A stretch of DNA of 62,594 nucleotides, the filler included, from an uncultured Methanoregulaceae archaeon (lineage in GTDB: Archaea; Halobacteriota; Methanomicrobia; Methanomicrobiales; Methanospirillaceae): the NCBI GenBank assembly GCA_964530035.1. It is 4 parts of 4 records of this genome, joined end to end, with 100 filler letters (N's around TTAATTAATTAA, not from the genome) between each part and the next. Parts side by side here need not be neighbours in the genome. Positions count along the whole stretch, not along the records: positions 15,890 to 31,578 come from CAZGXZ010000042.1; 3 more parts are not named here. The stretch is one strand, 5' to 3'. Of the stretch, positions 19,576 through 29,282 are shown one piece after another; position 1 is the first letter of the stretch, and each line of letters begins with the position of its first letter. The notes under the pieces were generated by a model. The model ran no database searches and had not been told where the DNA came from. It saw nothing but the letters and a program-made list of their open reading frames with translations. The position numbers and the translations under genes were made by a program.

Positions 19576-20229
19576 TTATCCAGGCATCCGTCCGGTTACC
19601 TCTCTCCAGTACATCCATGCAATGATGGGGATGATACAGAAATAGACTCCGACGCTGAAGGGGATCCCGAGGGCGGCGATGATGATGGCAATCACTGAAA
19701 CGGCCGGGATGACCAGCACTGCGTCACCCTCGAAACGCATAACCTCGCGATCGAGTCCGGGGTCCAGGATGCAGGGGTTGTGCCGGATATGGTACCATTC
19801 CCACAGTGAGAGCAGGCCGATCACCAGGATATTAACCGAAAACGGGATGGTCCCGAAAGGGTCAGCCGGGTAGTTGCCTGCGATGTTCGTCGTGAAGGGT
19901 ACAAGGGTGATGAAGAACAGGGACAACAGGTTGATGGCCAGGATCCTCCGGTTCACCCATCGTATGCAGGAAAAACGCTGGTGGTGGAGGTACCAGAACC
20001 CAGCGAGGATGAGGAACGCGGCGGTATAGTGGAGGATGTCCGGCAGGAGGCCTCGCAGGATGGTGATGGGAGGTCCGCTTGGTATGTTTCCATGGACATT
20101 CGGCAGCTCGAGGGTGACCACGAGAAGTGTCATGGAAATGGCATAGACCCCGTCGATAAGGCCGCCTATCCGGTTCTTGTTGATACCGTATTCTCGTTCC
20201 CCGGGGCAATGGTCGTCAGGTCGCACCAT
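19576..20229 (-). CDS. TMEM175 (DUF1211) family K+ channel-like protein
   Basis: R...LIDGVYAISMTLLV, FW..HH..F, N...LFFITLVPFTT; about 6 TM helices. Confidence 0.8.
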   Translation of the reverse strand: MVRPDDHCPGEREYGINKNRIGGLIDGVYAISMTLLVVTLELPNVHGNIPSGPPITILRGLLPDILHYTAAFLILAGFWYLHHQRFSCIRWVNRRILAINLLSLFFITLVPFTTNIAGNYPADPFGTIPFSVNILVIGLLSLWEWYHIRHNPCILDPGLDREVMRFEGDAVLVIPAVSVIAIIIAALGIPFSVGVYFCIIPIIAWMYWREVTGRMPG

Positions 20230-20312
20230 TGTTCCTAGCTGGGACGGGTATGGTGAAGAACGCTTGGGCTTTTCCCCGGAACCTTCACTGACACGGTGGG
20301 GAAGAAAAAAGG

Positions 20313-20762
20313 TTATTCGTACAGGTGACCTTCATCGGACCGGGCATAGGTGACCAGGTCTGAAGGCTTGAAATGGATGCCGATCTCGCGTGTTGCGCTT
20401 GCATCGGAATCCGAACCATGGATCACGTTCCTGCCGATGTCGAGGGCGAAGTCCCCCCGGATCGTGCCAGGTGCGGCCTGTGCCGGGTTGGTCGCACCGA
20501 TCAGGGTGCGTGCAACGGTAACGACGTTTTTACCCTCGTATACCATGAGGAAACACGGGCCGCTCATGATGTACGACTTGAGCGATGGGAAGAAATCCTT
20601 CCCTTTGTGTTCGGCGTACTGCTCAGTGACACGGTCTTCCGGGATCCTTTCGAGGCGGGCCGCAACGAGTTTCAGCCCCTTGCTCTCGAACCTGCGGACG
20701 ACCTCACCGACAAGCCCCCTGGCCACGCCATCGGGTTTCACCATGACGAACGTGCGTTCCAT
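20313..20762 (-). CDS. ndk: Nucleoside-diphosphate kinase
   Basis: [32 protein letters not shown]. Confidence 0.98.
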   Translation of the reverse strand: MERTFVMVKPDGVARGLVGEVVRRFESKGLKLVAARLERIPEDRVTEQYAEHKGKDFFPSLKSYIMSGPCFLMVYEGKNVVTVARTLIGATNPAQAAPGTIRGDFALDIGRNVIHGSDSDASATREIGIHFKPSDLVTYARSDEGHLYE

Positions 20763-20771
20763 GGTCCGGGC

Positions 20772-20963
20772 TCACTCCTTGCCCCGGGCTTTGCGTCCGG
20801 CTTTTGTCCATGCAACGCGCCGCGGGACACGCCCGAGGCGGAAGTTGTTCTGGCACTTGGTGCTGCAGAAGTAATAGATGCTCCCATCCTTCCTGACAAA
20901 CATCTTGCCGGTGCCGGGTTCCATGGATGCGCCGCAGAAACTGCAGACATAGGTCTCGACCAT
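20772..20963 (-). CDS. rpl24e: 50S ribosomal protein L24e
   Basis: CSFCG...[12 protein letters not shown]...FCS.KC, PR.V.WT. Confidence 0.97.
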   Translation of the reverse strand: MVETYVCSFCGASMEPGTGKMFVRKDGSIYYFCSTKCQNNFRLGRVPRRVAWTKAGRKARGKE

Positions 20964-20968
20964 GGGTC

Positions 20969-21178
20969 TCACCTCCGGGACAGTTTCTTTGCCTCGCGCT
21001 CGGTCTCAAGGAGCATGAGTACGTCCCCTTCCCTGATAGGACCGACCGTGTTCCGGGTAATGATCCGGCCTTTGTTCAACCCATCAAGGATTCGGCATTT
21101 TACCTGCATCGCCTCGCCGTGCATCCCGGTCGAGCCGATGACTTCAATCACTTCAGCCGGCGTTGCTTCGTCTGCCAT
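20969..21178 (-). CDS. rps28e: 30S ribosomal protein S28e
   Basis: [37 protein letters not shown]. Confidence 0.97.
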   Translation of the reverse strand: MADEATPAEVIEVIGSTGMHGEAMQVKCRILDGLNKGRIITRNTVGPIREGDVLMLLETEREAKKLSRR

Positions 21179-21185
21179 GCCTCAC

Positions 21186-21554
21186 TCACGCCCGTAATGC
21201 TGCAACCTGTTTTGAGAGATCGTCGACGATCTCCTTGGCCTTACCGGGCTTGACGATTGCCGCAGCCGCTGAACCGACATCAAGACCGCTCGCGGTCCCT
21301 ATGTCGTTCTGCTTGCTGACGAAGAGATAGGGCACCTTCTTCTCGTCGCAGAGGGCCGGAAGGTGCATGACGATCTCCTCGGGCTCGACATCCGCACCGA
21401 TGACGACCATGATTGCAAGGCCTCTTTCGATGGCCTTGGTAGCCTCGTTCGAACCCTTCTTGATCTTACCTGTGTCCCGGGCGATCTCTACCGCCTCAAG
21501 TGCCTTGTTCTGGAGCTCTTCAGGGACTTCAAATTTAACATATTTACCAGCCAT
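21186..21554 (-). CDS. rpl7ae: 50S ribosomal protein L7Ae
   Basis: [37 protein letters not shown]. Confidence 0.98.
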   Translation of the reverse strand: MAGKYVKFEVPEELQNKALEAVEIARDTGKIKKGSNEATKAIERGLAIMVVIGADVEPEEIVMHLPALCDEKKVPYLFVSKQNDIGTASGLDVGSAAAAIVKPGKAKEIVDDLSKQVAALRA

Positions 21555-21610
21555 GAATCACCTCATTCAGGGGTCAAAAACCCCTTCATCAGTCATCAGT
21601 TCATGAGGAC
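21555..21610 (-). promoter_or_regulatory. Kink-turn-like structured 5' UTR of rpl7ae (probable L7Ae autoregulation site)
   Basis: mRNA: CCUCAU..CUGAUGACUGAUGA-AGGGG-uuuuuga-CCCCU-GA-AUGAGG-UGAUUC-AUG; GA/GA flanking the stem, and the outer stem pairs with the SD. Confidence 0.65.
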
Positions 21611-21685
21611 GATGTTGCCATATTAGTTCAACAGGAATGGTGATAAACCCTTTGCAAATGCGCCCCGCGTGCCTGGTATCCCTGT

Positions 21686-23761
21686 TCAGGTCCCGCGCCT
21701 GTAGACGGCTGTACCATCTGATTCATGAACCATCAAAAGTCCTGTTTCAGGAAGAAGGACATTGTATTTCTCCTGTTCCAGGTCGCCGACGACCAGGAGG
21801 TCCGCGCCGTACCTGTCCATGATGGCCGTGCACTGGTCAGGGTCCTCGTAGATGGATGCGATGTCAGTTGTCCGTTCGGCGTACCAGTCCCCGGTCGAGG
21901 AACGCCACTGCACCTCGTGGAAAGGCCACCCGAGAATGGTGGGAATACCAGTAAAGGTTGAAATCCTTGAGTAATAGGAATAGTCCCCTTCCACCGCCTC
22001 GACGACCGTATGGTTGCCGGGAAGAGTCCTCAGATAGGCTATCGCCGCCGCATCACCCGGGTGGGCATTGTCCAGGTATGCCATCCCGTCAAGGGTCCTC
22101 GTCTCACCGTACGGGACATCAATCGGGACCACCAGCGGGACCAGGAAGAGGACTGCCACCGCTATGGCAGGCAGGACAGCGGACCATGGCCTGGAGGGGG
22201 CCGGGAGGCGGAGCTGTTCAAGAGCCCGTGCCACGGCGATAAACGTGGACACCCCGAGGAGGACCCAGGCGACATAGCTGAACTTGAAGACCGTGTTCAT
22301 CCGGTAGTACTCGCCCCCGGCGAAGCTGTCCCTGATGAATACGATTTCACACACGATCAGTGCGATAAGCCCGGCAGCCGCCATGAGGTGTTCCGGGTCC
22401 CGGAACCTGCATGAAAACAGGAACACCAGGGGAATGGTTGCGATCCCAATTGCGGGGTACCCGCACAGTGAGATGAGGACCGGGACAAGGAGAAGGTAGG
22501 GACGTTTTTTCATTTCAGGGACGAGTGTAGCCGTCAGCAGGACGATGAAGACCCCGTGCGCCAGGAGGAACTGGACGGGACTGGACGGGGAGGTGACCCA
22601 TCCGATCCCCTGCGCCGCGCCGGTATCAAGCATCAAGAGAAACGGAAGGTACATGAGGACTGAAACGGCAGGGACCAGGACCCAGAACTGGAACAGGGGG
22701 TGGCCGGCGACTGACCCGGCCACGGGGTCGGAAGGAAGACGGGCAGGTCCCTTCCGCAGCCACCGTGAAAATGGCAGTCCGGTTGATGTCAGGGCGATGT
22801 AGAGGCCGGTTGCAAGGACCAGCGGTGCATAGGCAAATAGGTCCCAGGTGTTCAGCGGAAGCATCGTGCCAAGGGCGAGGGCGATGGTGACGCCGGTCGC
22901 GGTCTTTTGCCTGATACTAAGGCTGTTCCACCGCGTAATGGCGAAAAACAGCAGCATCAGGAGCGCGGACTGTACCATGAGCCCGACGACGTGGGGGTGG
23001 ACGTCTCCGAGGAGGAATGAAAAGAGGGGGTATTCGTGGATGGTATCGGTTATCGTCCTGGTGCTGTCCCAGAATACCGATCCCAGGCCTTTTTCCGGGG
23101 CCAGGAGGGAGAAAAAGGCGGGGTTCATCATGATGAACGTAAGGAGCGGAAGCCACCTGAAGCGCTTTACCACAAGGGACGAGGCGGCGTACACGGAAAC
23201 CGCCGAAGTCCCGAGCACGGTGGGAAGGGCGAGATTGAAAGCGATGTTCGAAGGCACCCCGCTGCAGAGTCCGAGGGCGGCAACGAGCCAGTACCCGAGA
23301 TAGTAATAGATGGTCAGGTATCCGCCTGAGAACCAGGGGTCGAAGGGAGGTACGACCGGCTGGCGCATGACCGAGGCGATGAAGGCCTGGTCCATGAACT
23401 TCTCGGTCGAGGATATCGCCGGGTTGAGGTACCGGAGTTCAAGCATGAACAGGAAGAATACCAGGAACAGTGCCTCGTAGCGCCAGTAACGGGAGAGGTC
23501 CTCCTTGCTGTACTGCCCGGAGACGATATGGATGATGCCAAGCACTGCGAAGGGGATGAGTGCCACCTGCAGCGGGAGGTGGATCATCCCGGCATACCAT
23601 GAGACGAGCGTGAAACCAAGGAGTGAAACAGGGAATGATGCTGGAAAAGCGATATCCCCAAGCCATCGCCTGAGCAGGGGATACAGGCTCAGCTGGAGGA
23701 AGGTGACGAGGACGAGCCACCCCGCCACGGACAGGAGCTGTGTCTCAACTCCCGCCGCCAT
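21686..23761 (-). CDS. DUF2298 / 'YYY' polytopic membrane protein (putative GT-C-type transferase)
   Basis: EKFMD.AF..S, PP.DPWFSG..L.IYYYLGY, I.EYP.FSF..GD.HPH, RMNTVFKF, TG.PT.LGW..HE.QWR; many TM helices. Confidence 0.8.
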   Translation of the reverse strand: MAAGVETQLLSVAGWLVLVTFLQLSLYPLLRRWLGDIAFPASFPVSLLGFTLVSWYAGMIHLPLQVALIPFAVLGIIHIVSGQYSKEDLSRYWRYEALFLVFFLFMLELRYLNPAISSTEKFMDQAFIASVMRQPVVPPFDPWFSGGYLTIYYYLGYWLVAALGLCSGVPSNIAFNLALPTVLGTSAVSVYAASSLVVKRFRWLPLLTFIMMNPAFFSLLAPEKGLGSVFWDSTRTITDTIHEYPLFSFLLGDVHPHVVGLMVQSALLMLLFFAITRWNSLSIRQKTATGVTIALALGTMLPLNTWDLFAYAPLVLATGLYIALTSTGLPFSRWLRKGPARLPSDPVAGSVAGHPLFQFWVLVPAVSVLMYLPFLLMLDTGAAQGIGWVTSPSSPVQFLLAHGVFIVLLTATLVPEMKKRPYLLLVPVLISLCGYPAIGIATIPLVFLFSCRFRDPEHLMAAAGLIALIVCEIVFIRDSFAGGEYYRMNTVFKFSYVAWVLLGVSTFIAVARALEQLRLPAPSRPWSAVLPAIAVAVLFLVPLVVPIDVPYGETRTLDGMAYLDNAHPGDAAAIAYLRTLPGNHTVVEAVEGDYSYYSRISTFTGIPTILGWPFHEVQWRSSTGDWYAERTTDIASIYEDPDQCTAIMDRYGADLLVVGDLEQEKYNVLLPETGLLMVHESDGTAVYRRGT

Positions 23762-24728
23762 CTTCCCCTCCATTCCGGCCCCGTTCAATGGTCTTTTTCA
23801 GGGCAGGGAGGACCCAGTCTCCGAATGCATAGATCGATATGATCCCCCCGGCCGCAGTCACGAGGTTCTTGATGAGGTGGTCGATTACCGCGATCAGGGT
23901 CGCAACTGCGGGCGATACTCCTGCGAGCTGGAAGGTAAGGGCCACCGAGAGCTCGTACGTCCCGACACCGCCCGGGGTGAGGGGGACTGCCTTTACGAGG
24001 TTGCCGATGACGACTGCCAGAATGACGACGACAAACGGGATTTTTTCGCCGAACATCGCGACGACGGCACCGCATGCCAGGGCGTCGAGAAGCCAGATGA
24101 CGAGGGATGTCCCTGAAAGGAGGAAGAGGCTTTTCAGGGACAGGGATGCCGCCCGCACCTCGTTGAACATGGTGAGGACGATCCTCAGGTACTTGTTCCT
24201 GGACTCGCGGTCCTTCACGGCAAGGAGGAACAGGAAGAACACGACGCCCAGGACGATGGGGAGGAGCGTGACCGTGACGAACCAGTCCGGGACATCAAGG
24301 TAGTCGAGGACAAGGGGCAGGGAAAGGGCTCCCAGGATGGCGACCATGAGGATGTCGAAGACCCGCTCCACCACGACCGAGGATATCCCCTGTGAGACCG
24401 TGGCCTTGTTTTCATGTTTCAGGATGACGACCCGTACGAGGTCGCCCAGTCGTGCAGGGACAATCAGGTTCGCCGTCTGGCTGATGAGGATGCATGCCGT
24501 GGAAAAACCGAGACTGATCCTGACGGCTAACCCGTCCAGGATTACCTGATACCGGTACCCCCTGACCCACCAGGAAATGCTGCAGATGAGGACCGCCAAC
24601 GCAAGGAACAGCGGGTCGCTGTGGACGAGGGCCGTGAGGAGGTCGTCCCAGACCCTGAAGAGCATGAAACCGATGATGCAGGCTGCAAGCAGTGTTGAGA
24701 AGGCAACCGCCGCCACCTTACGATACAT
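23745..24728 (-). CDS. UPF0104 / LPG-synthase-TM flippase-like membrane protein (AglD C-domain-like)
   Basis: N..VPAR.GD..R, VVERVFD, PLTPGGVG.YE motifs. Confidence 0.85.
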   Translation of the reverse strand: MYRKVAAVAFSTLLAACIIGFMLFRVWDDLLTALVHSDPLFLALAVLICSISWWVRGYRYQVILDGLAVRISLGFSTACILISQTANLIVPARLGDLVRVVILKHENKATVSQGISSVVVERVFDILMVAILGALSLPLVLDYLDVPDWFVTVTLLPIVLGVVFFLFLLAVKDRESRNKYLRIVLTMFNEVRAASLSLKSLFLLSGTSLVIWLLDALACGAVVAMFGEKIPFVVVILAVVIGNLVKAVPLTPGGVGTYELSVALTFQLAGVSPAVATLIAVIDHLIKNLVTAAGGIISIYAFGDWVLPALKKTIERGRNGGEDGGGS

Positions 24729-25425
24729 GGAGCTGCCACCAGAGCCGGAGGATCGCCCTGAACATCTTGAAAACGTCGTTTTTTCTGACCGTCGTCCCCC
24801 TCCCCTCGCGCCAGCGCACCGGGAACTCGAGGACACGGTACCCTTTTTTCTGCCCCCTCACGAGCACCTCGGTGTCCCAGAACCAGTGATTATCACGGAC
24901 TTCCGGGATAAGGGCAAGGAGCCGTTCGCGGTTGAAGCCCTTGAAACCACACTGGTGGTCGTACAGGGACGAGCCGAGAATGAGCCTTACGAGAAAATTG
25001 AACCCCCTGCTCGCGATCTCGCGCTTGCCTGACCGGACGATATCGCTTCCGGGCATGAGGCGCGAGCCCGTGGCAAGGTCATAGCCATCGTCGCGTATTG
25101 CCCTGACAAGCTGCGGGAGGTGCTCCATGCCGGTTGCGAGGTCGACATCGTAATAGCAGCATACCGGCGCAGTTGCCGCACCAACCGCCCGGTTGAGCGC
25201 CCTGCCCCTGCCGAGACGTTCGTCACTATGAAGGAGCCTGACCCTCGGGTCCTTCGACTCCCATTCCCTGACATACCCGGCACTGCCATCGGTGCTGCCG
25301 TCCTCCGCAATGATGAGTTCAAAGTCATGGGTGACCGACGAAAGGGCCCGTATCGATTCCGGTATCGCCGTTTCAAGGGCTTTTTTATCGTTGTAGACCG
25401 GTATCACAGCCGCGACCTCTGCCAT
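24718..25425 (-). CDS. GT2 dolichyl-phosphate sugar synthase (ALG5/DPM1/AglD N-domain-like)
   Basis: IPVYN, EDGSTDG, GRG.A, YYDVDLAT (DxD), GSR, DHQCGFK, WFWDTE. Confidence 0.9.
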   Translation of the reverse strand: MAEVAAVIPVYNDKKALETAIPESIRALSSVTHDFELIIAEDGSTDGSAGYVREWESKDPRVRLLHSDERLGRGRALNRAVGAATAPVCCYYDVDLATGMEHLPQLVRAIRDDGYDLATGSRLMPGSDIVRSGKREIASRGFNFLVRLILGSSLYDHQCGFKGFNRERLLALIPEVRDNHWFWDTEVLVRGQKKGYRVLEFPVRWREGRGTTVRKNDVFKMFRAILRLWWQLHVS

Positions 25426-26651
25426 CAGGTAAGCCTCCCGAGAATGCGGTCAGCGACCTCGAGGCCGGCCCTGACCGACCCCTCCATGGAGCGCTCAGGG
25501 TAATTGGGCCTGCTGAACATCCCGGCAACGAACAGCCCGTTTGACTCGTACCCGGGGATCATCCTGCGGTAACCGGTCACGTACAGGGGACCGGCATACC
25601 TGTCGATTGCAAGACGCTCCCAGTGGATCTCCTCCTTTGAAAGGCCGAACCGCGTGCAGAAATCATTTTTCATCCGGTCAGCGATATCAGCCCGGGGCTC
25701 CCCGGAGAAGTACGAGGCGAGGTACACGATATGCTCACCGTACCGGCTGACAGGCACAAAGTTGGTATGGGCGACAACGGCCCCGTACGGTGCCCTGTCC
25801 TTCATGTTTACCCAGTATATGCCATTGCAGACGTCACGTTCAATACCGAGGGTCATGCACGCCGCACCCTGGTAGGGTACGGGTGGGATCACCGGGCCGC
25901 CCCGTGCTGCAAGCTCCTGGAGGGGGATGGTGGAGAGGACACAGTCATAGGGTTCCCCGTTCACCTTCCAGCCGCCCTTGTACTGTTCGATGGTCTGGAG
26001 AGGGGCCCCGGGAAGTATCCGGCACCCCTGCGACGAGACAATCCTGACCACCGAGTCGATCAGCTGCTGGAACCCGTCCCTGACATATCCGAGACGCTCT
26101 CCCGAGAGGCCCCGGTTTGACCTGATTGCAATCCTGCTGATAAGCCATGCCGCAGATACCTCGTCCTTCCTGTCGCCGAACTTGCTGTTCAGGAGCGGTT
26201 CAAAAAATGACTCCCAGACCCGCTGGCCAAGGTGTTCCGTAACGAAGGTGTGTGCAGGCACATCATCGAGGTCCTCCACCGGCATTTTCCCGGCTTTTTT
26301 GGTAAGGAATGCAAGCCTGAAGGTGTCGGTGAGGGACAGGTACGGGTATTTCAGGATCTCGAACGGGGTTGTCATGGGGTAGAGCACGCCCCCTGCATAT
26401 GACCCCGTGGAACCGGTGAGCCACTCGAGTTTCCCGGACAGGCCACACCTGTTCAGCAGTTTCAACAGGGCCGTGTCACCTTCGAAGCAGTGGTGATAAA
26501 AGGATTCTATCGAGTAAGACCCGATCCGGTATGATGAAAGGCACCCGCCGAGGACCTCCTGTTTCTCGAGCAAATCCACTTCGTGGGCAGGAGAAAGTGC
26601 ATATGCTGCCGAGAGCCCGGTCAGCCCGCCTCCGAGGATGCATACTTTCAT
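25425..26651 (-). CDS. FAD-dependent oxidoreductase (PPO/amine-oxidase/UGM-like superfamily)
   Basis: GGGLTGLSAA..L, EK...LGG, IE.FYHH.F, E.LGY...GF, AGMFS..NYPERSMEGSV; AGGAG SD. Confidence 0.85.
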   Translation of the reverse strand: MKVCILGGGLTGLSAAYALSPAHEVDLLEKQEVLGGCLSSYRIGSYSIESFYHHCFEGDTALLKLLNRCGLSGKLEWLTGSTGSYAGGVLYPMTTPFEILKYPYLSLTDTFRLAFLTKKAGKMPVEDLDDVPAHTFVTEHLGQRVWESFFEPLLNSKFGDRKDEVSAAWLISRIAIRSNRGLSGERLGYVRDGFQQLIDSVVRIVSSQGCRILPGAPLQTIEQYKGGWKVNGEPYDCVLSTIPLQELAARGGPVIPPVPYQGAACMTLGIERDVCNGIYWVNMKDRAPYGAVVAHTNFVPVSRYGEHIVYLASYFSGEPRADIADRMKNDFCTRFGLSKEEIHWERLAIDRYAGPLYVTGYRRMIPGYESNGLFVAGMFSRPNYPERSMEGSVRAGLEVADRILGRLT

Positions 26652-26827
26652 TGCACTCCTAGTACTGGATTTTAACCCACATAAAGAACACTGCCGCCAA
26701 TGTGAACCAAGGAACCCGGAAATGGGCATTTGTCGGTCATAAGAAAGTATTTGAGGATATAAAATTACATTTTTGAGAGACTGGATCGAATGGCAGCGGA
26801 ACGTTTCGACTGGTTGGGGTCAGTACC

Positions 26828-28012
26828 ATGAAAGTTTTTTTCATAGGCTTCGGCCAGGCCGGAGGAAAGATTGTCGACCGCTTTATCATGCAGGACAAGC
26901 GGCTCGGAACTGACAGTTTCCGGGGTATCGTCGTTAATACAGCGCGGACTGACCTCATCGGGCTGAAAAATATTGATTTCAAGGACCGGGTGCTTATCGG
27001 CCAGGCGGTTGTAAAAGGCCATGGTGTCGGTACCGACAACGAGATGGGCGCCAGCATCACCTTCGAAGAAATCGACAGCATCATGAACGCAATAGAACGG
27101 AAAGGCACGCATGACATCGATGCATTCATTATTGTCGCCGGCCTGGGAGGCGGTACCGGGTCAGGAGGAGCCCCCGTTCTCGCGAGGCACCTGAAGAAGA
27201 TCTACAAGGAACCGATCTATTGCCTCGGCATCCTTCCTGCCCCTGAGGAAGGAAGGCTGTATTCCTATAATGCTGCCCGGAGCCTGTCAACCCTGGTAAA
27301 CGAAGCCGACAATACGTTCCTTTTTGACAACAGTGCCTGGAAAAACGAGGGAGAGTCGATAAAGGGCGCATTTGAGTATTTAAACGAGGAGATCGTCAGG
27401 AGGTTCGGGATCCTCTTCCGCGCCGGTGAGGTCAGCAAGATGGGTGTCGGCGAGATGGTGGTCGATGCGAGCGAGATCATCAATACCTTACGCGGGGGCG
27501 GGATCACTTCGGTCGGATATGCGGTCAGCGAGGTAAAGAATCCCCAGTCCCAGAAGAAAAAGGGAATCATGGGGACCATTGGCGGCCTGACCGGGTCCTT
27601 CAAGAAACGCGACCAGGCCCAGGAGGAGCTGATGGGGGAGGACAAGACCGCCCGCATCCTCTCTCTCGTCAGGAGGGCCATGCTTGGAAGACTGACCCTT
27701 CCCTGTGACTACCACTCCGCGGAACGCGCCCTGGTCCTCGTTGCCGGTTCTCCGAACCAGCTCGACCGGAAAGGAATTGAAAAGGCGAAGAACTGGGTCG
27801 AGGAAAATATTGCAGGTGTGGAGGTCCGGGGTGGGGACTATCCTGTCGGAAGCAACCACGTCGCTGCCATAGTCCTCCTTTCTTCCATTAAAAATGCCCC
27901 GAGGGTGACTGATCTGCTCGAAATCGCCAGGAAGACCAGGGAAGATGTTGAAAAAAGCGTCGACAAGCGGAACGTACGGCTTGATGAGCATGTCGATCCC
28001 TTATTTGAATGA
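26828..28012 (+). CDS. cetZ: Tubulin/FtsZ-superfamily protein, CetZ type
   Basis: IGFGQAGGKI, VNTA.TDL, VKGHGVG.DNE.G, GLGGGTGSGG, NAARS, FDN.AW, VVDASEIINTL, LTLPC, VRGGDYP. Confidence 0.9.
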   Translation: MKVFFIGFGQAGGKIVDRFIMQDKRLGTDSFRGIVVNTARTDLIGLKNIDFKDRVLIGQAVVKGHGVGTDNEMGASITFEEIDSIMNAIERKGTHDIDAFIIVAGLGGGTGSGGAPVLARHLKKIYKEPIYCLGILPAPEEGRLYSYNAARSLSTLVNEADNTFLFDNSAWKNEGESIKGAFEYLNEEIVRRFGILFRAGEVSKMGVGEMVVDASEIINTLRGGGITSVGYAVSEVKNPQSQKKKGIMGTIGGLTGSFKKRDQAQEELMGEDKTARILSLVRRAMLGRLTLPCDYHSAERALVLVAGSPNQLDRKGIEKAKNWVEENIAGVEVRGGDYPVGSNHVAAIVLLSSIKNAPRVTDLLEIARKTREDVEKSVDKRNVRLDEHVDPLFE

Positions 28013-29176
28013 ATGATCGCGATGGGTGCAATACCATATAAGATCCTTCTGGTCCTTGTCCTGTCCTGCTGCTGCATTGCGGTCGCATCGGCAAACATCG
28101 AGACAGGAAACATCACCGTTACCCCCTCCGGCGACCTTGTGTCAGGCGAGACAAACGTAACCATCAGTTACCAGATAGATTTCATCGAGTCCAACGGGGA
28201 GACCTTCCCGGCTGGTGACGTGCTCGTCATGAACACGGAACTGGACAATGCAAAATGGGCATACAGCCTTATCCAGGACGGGGTGAACAACCCCCGGCCT
28301 TCGCAAACCGGGAAAAATCTCTACCTTTCCGGCTGGGAGCTCTCCTACAGCAAGTCCAGTCTCATGCTCTCGGTCACCGTGAACGGCATAGCGCCAACAG
28401 TGCCGACGACCCAGAAGGTGAAAATCCTCAGGGTGGCAGAACTCACCGGCAGCAACAAGGTCCTTGCCGGGACCGAGACCATTGTTGAGCGGACCGTAAA
28501 CAACCCCGTGGAGATCCAGGGGAGCATAAGCCTTGCCAAGGACCAGCTGAAAAAGCTCAAGGACGAAATAGACCAGCGTTCAGCCGAAGGGATCGATGTT
28601 TCCGAGGCCGAGGCCATGTACAACAAGGCGGTCAAATCGGTAAAAAGTGCCGATGGAGCCACCTTCAACGAGGCCAAGACGTACCTTACGAATGCCCAGA
28701 CCCAGATCAGCGATGCCCGGACTCTTCTCGGCAAGGGAGCCGCCAGCAAGGTCATCAACGACGTCCGCCCGACGATTGACGAGGTAGACGGCTATATCAC
28801 GTATTTCGAGGTCAACCGCTCGATGAGCAAGGACCCGAGGGTCCAGAACATCAGGATCAAGAGGGACGCCGCAGCGGAACTGCTTTCCCAGGCAAATGAC
28901 GAGATAAGCCAGGGGAAGTATGACGATGCCATCACCAGGGCTGAAGACGCGTCCTTAAAGGCTCAGGCCGTCCTTTCGGATGCGCAGTCACTGAAAAAGG
29001 AGATCGGCGAGGAAAGCCCGGCGAATGTCATCGGGGGAGGGTTCGGTGCGATAACCGGCACCATCGTGAAAGCCCTGCCGTACATCGCCGCCATCATCAT
29101 TGTCCTCGTCATCATATTCATCGCGATAAAATTATACCGCCGGCGCAAGGCTGACAAGTGGGACGAACTGTATTAG
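28013..29176 (+). CDS. Single-pass cell-surface protein (signal peptide, beta domain, helical bundle, C-terminal TM)
   Basis: Start directly after the cetZ stop (TGAATG); signal peptide; Ala/Lys-rich helical repeats; TM then RRRKADKWDELY; T-run terminator follows. Confidence 0.8.
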   Translation: MIAMGAIPYKILLVLVLSCCCIAVASANIETGNITVTPSGDLVSGETNVTISYQIDFIESNGETFPAGDVLVMNTELDNAKWAYSLIQDGVNNPRPSQTGKNLYLSGWELSYSKSSLMLSVTVNGIAPTVPTTQKVKILRVAELTGSNKVLAGTETIVERTVNNPVEIQGSISLAKDQLKKLKDEIDQRSAEGIDVSEAEAMYNKAVKSVKSADGATFNEAKTYLTNAQTQISDARTLLGKGAASKVINDVRPTIDEVDGYITYFEVNRSMSKDPRVQNIRIKRDAAAELLSQANDEISQGKYDDAITRAEDASLKAQAVLSDAQSLKKEIGEESPANVIGGGFGAITGTIVKALPYIAAIIIVLVIIFIAIKLYRRRKADKWDELY

Positions 29177-29282
29177 TCTTTTTTTCATCCAGCGTTTTTC
29201 AGCAGTCCCAACCCTTCATAAGAGGGCCTGCAGGCCCGCGTCCCGAACCGGTCCACCTTATCTCATGTCCGTTGACCGGAGG

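Noticed and set aside
26828..28012. Canonical cell-division FtsZ
   Set aside because: The motifs (GFGQAGGKI, VKGHGVG.DN, DASEIINTL, RGGDYP) are CetZ-type; it lacks the FtsZ GGGG.N and NxDFADV signatures
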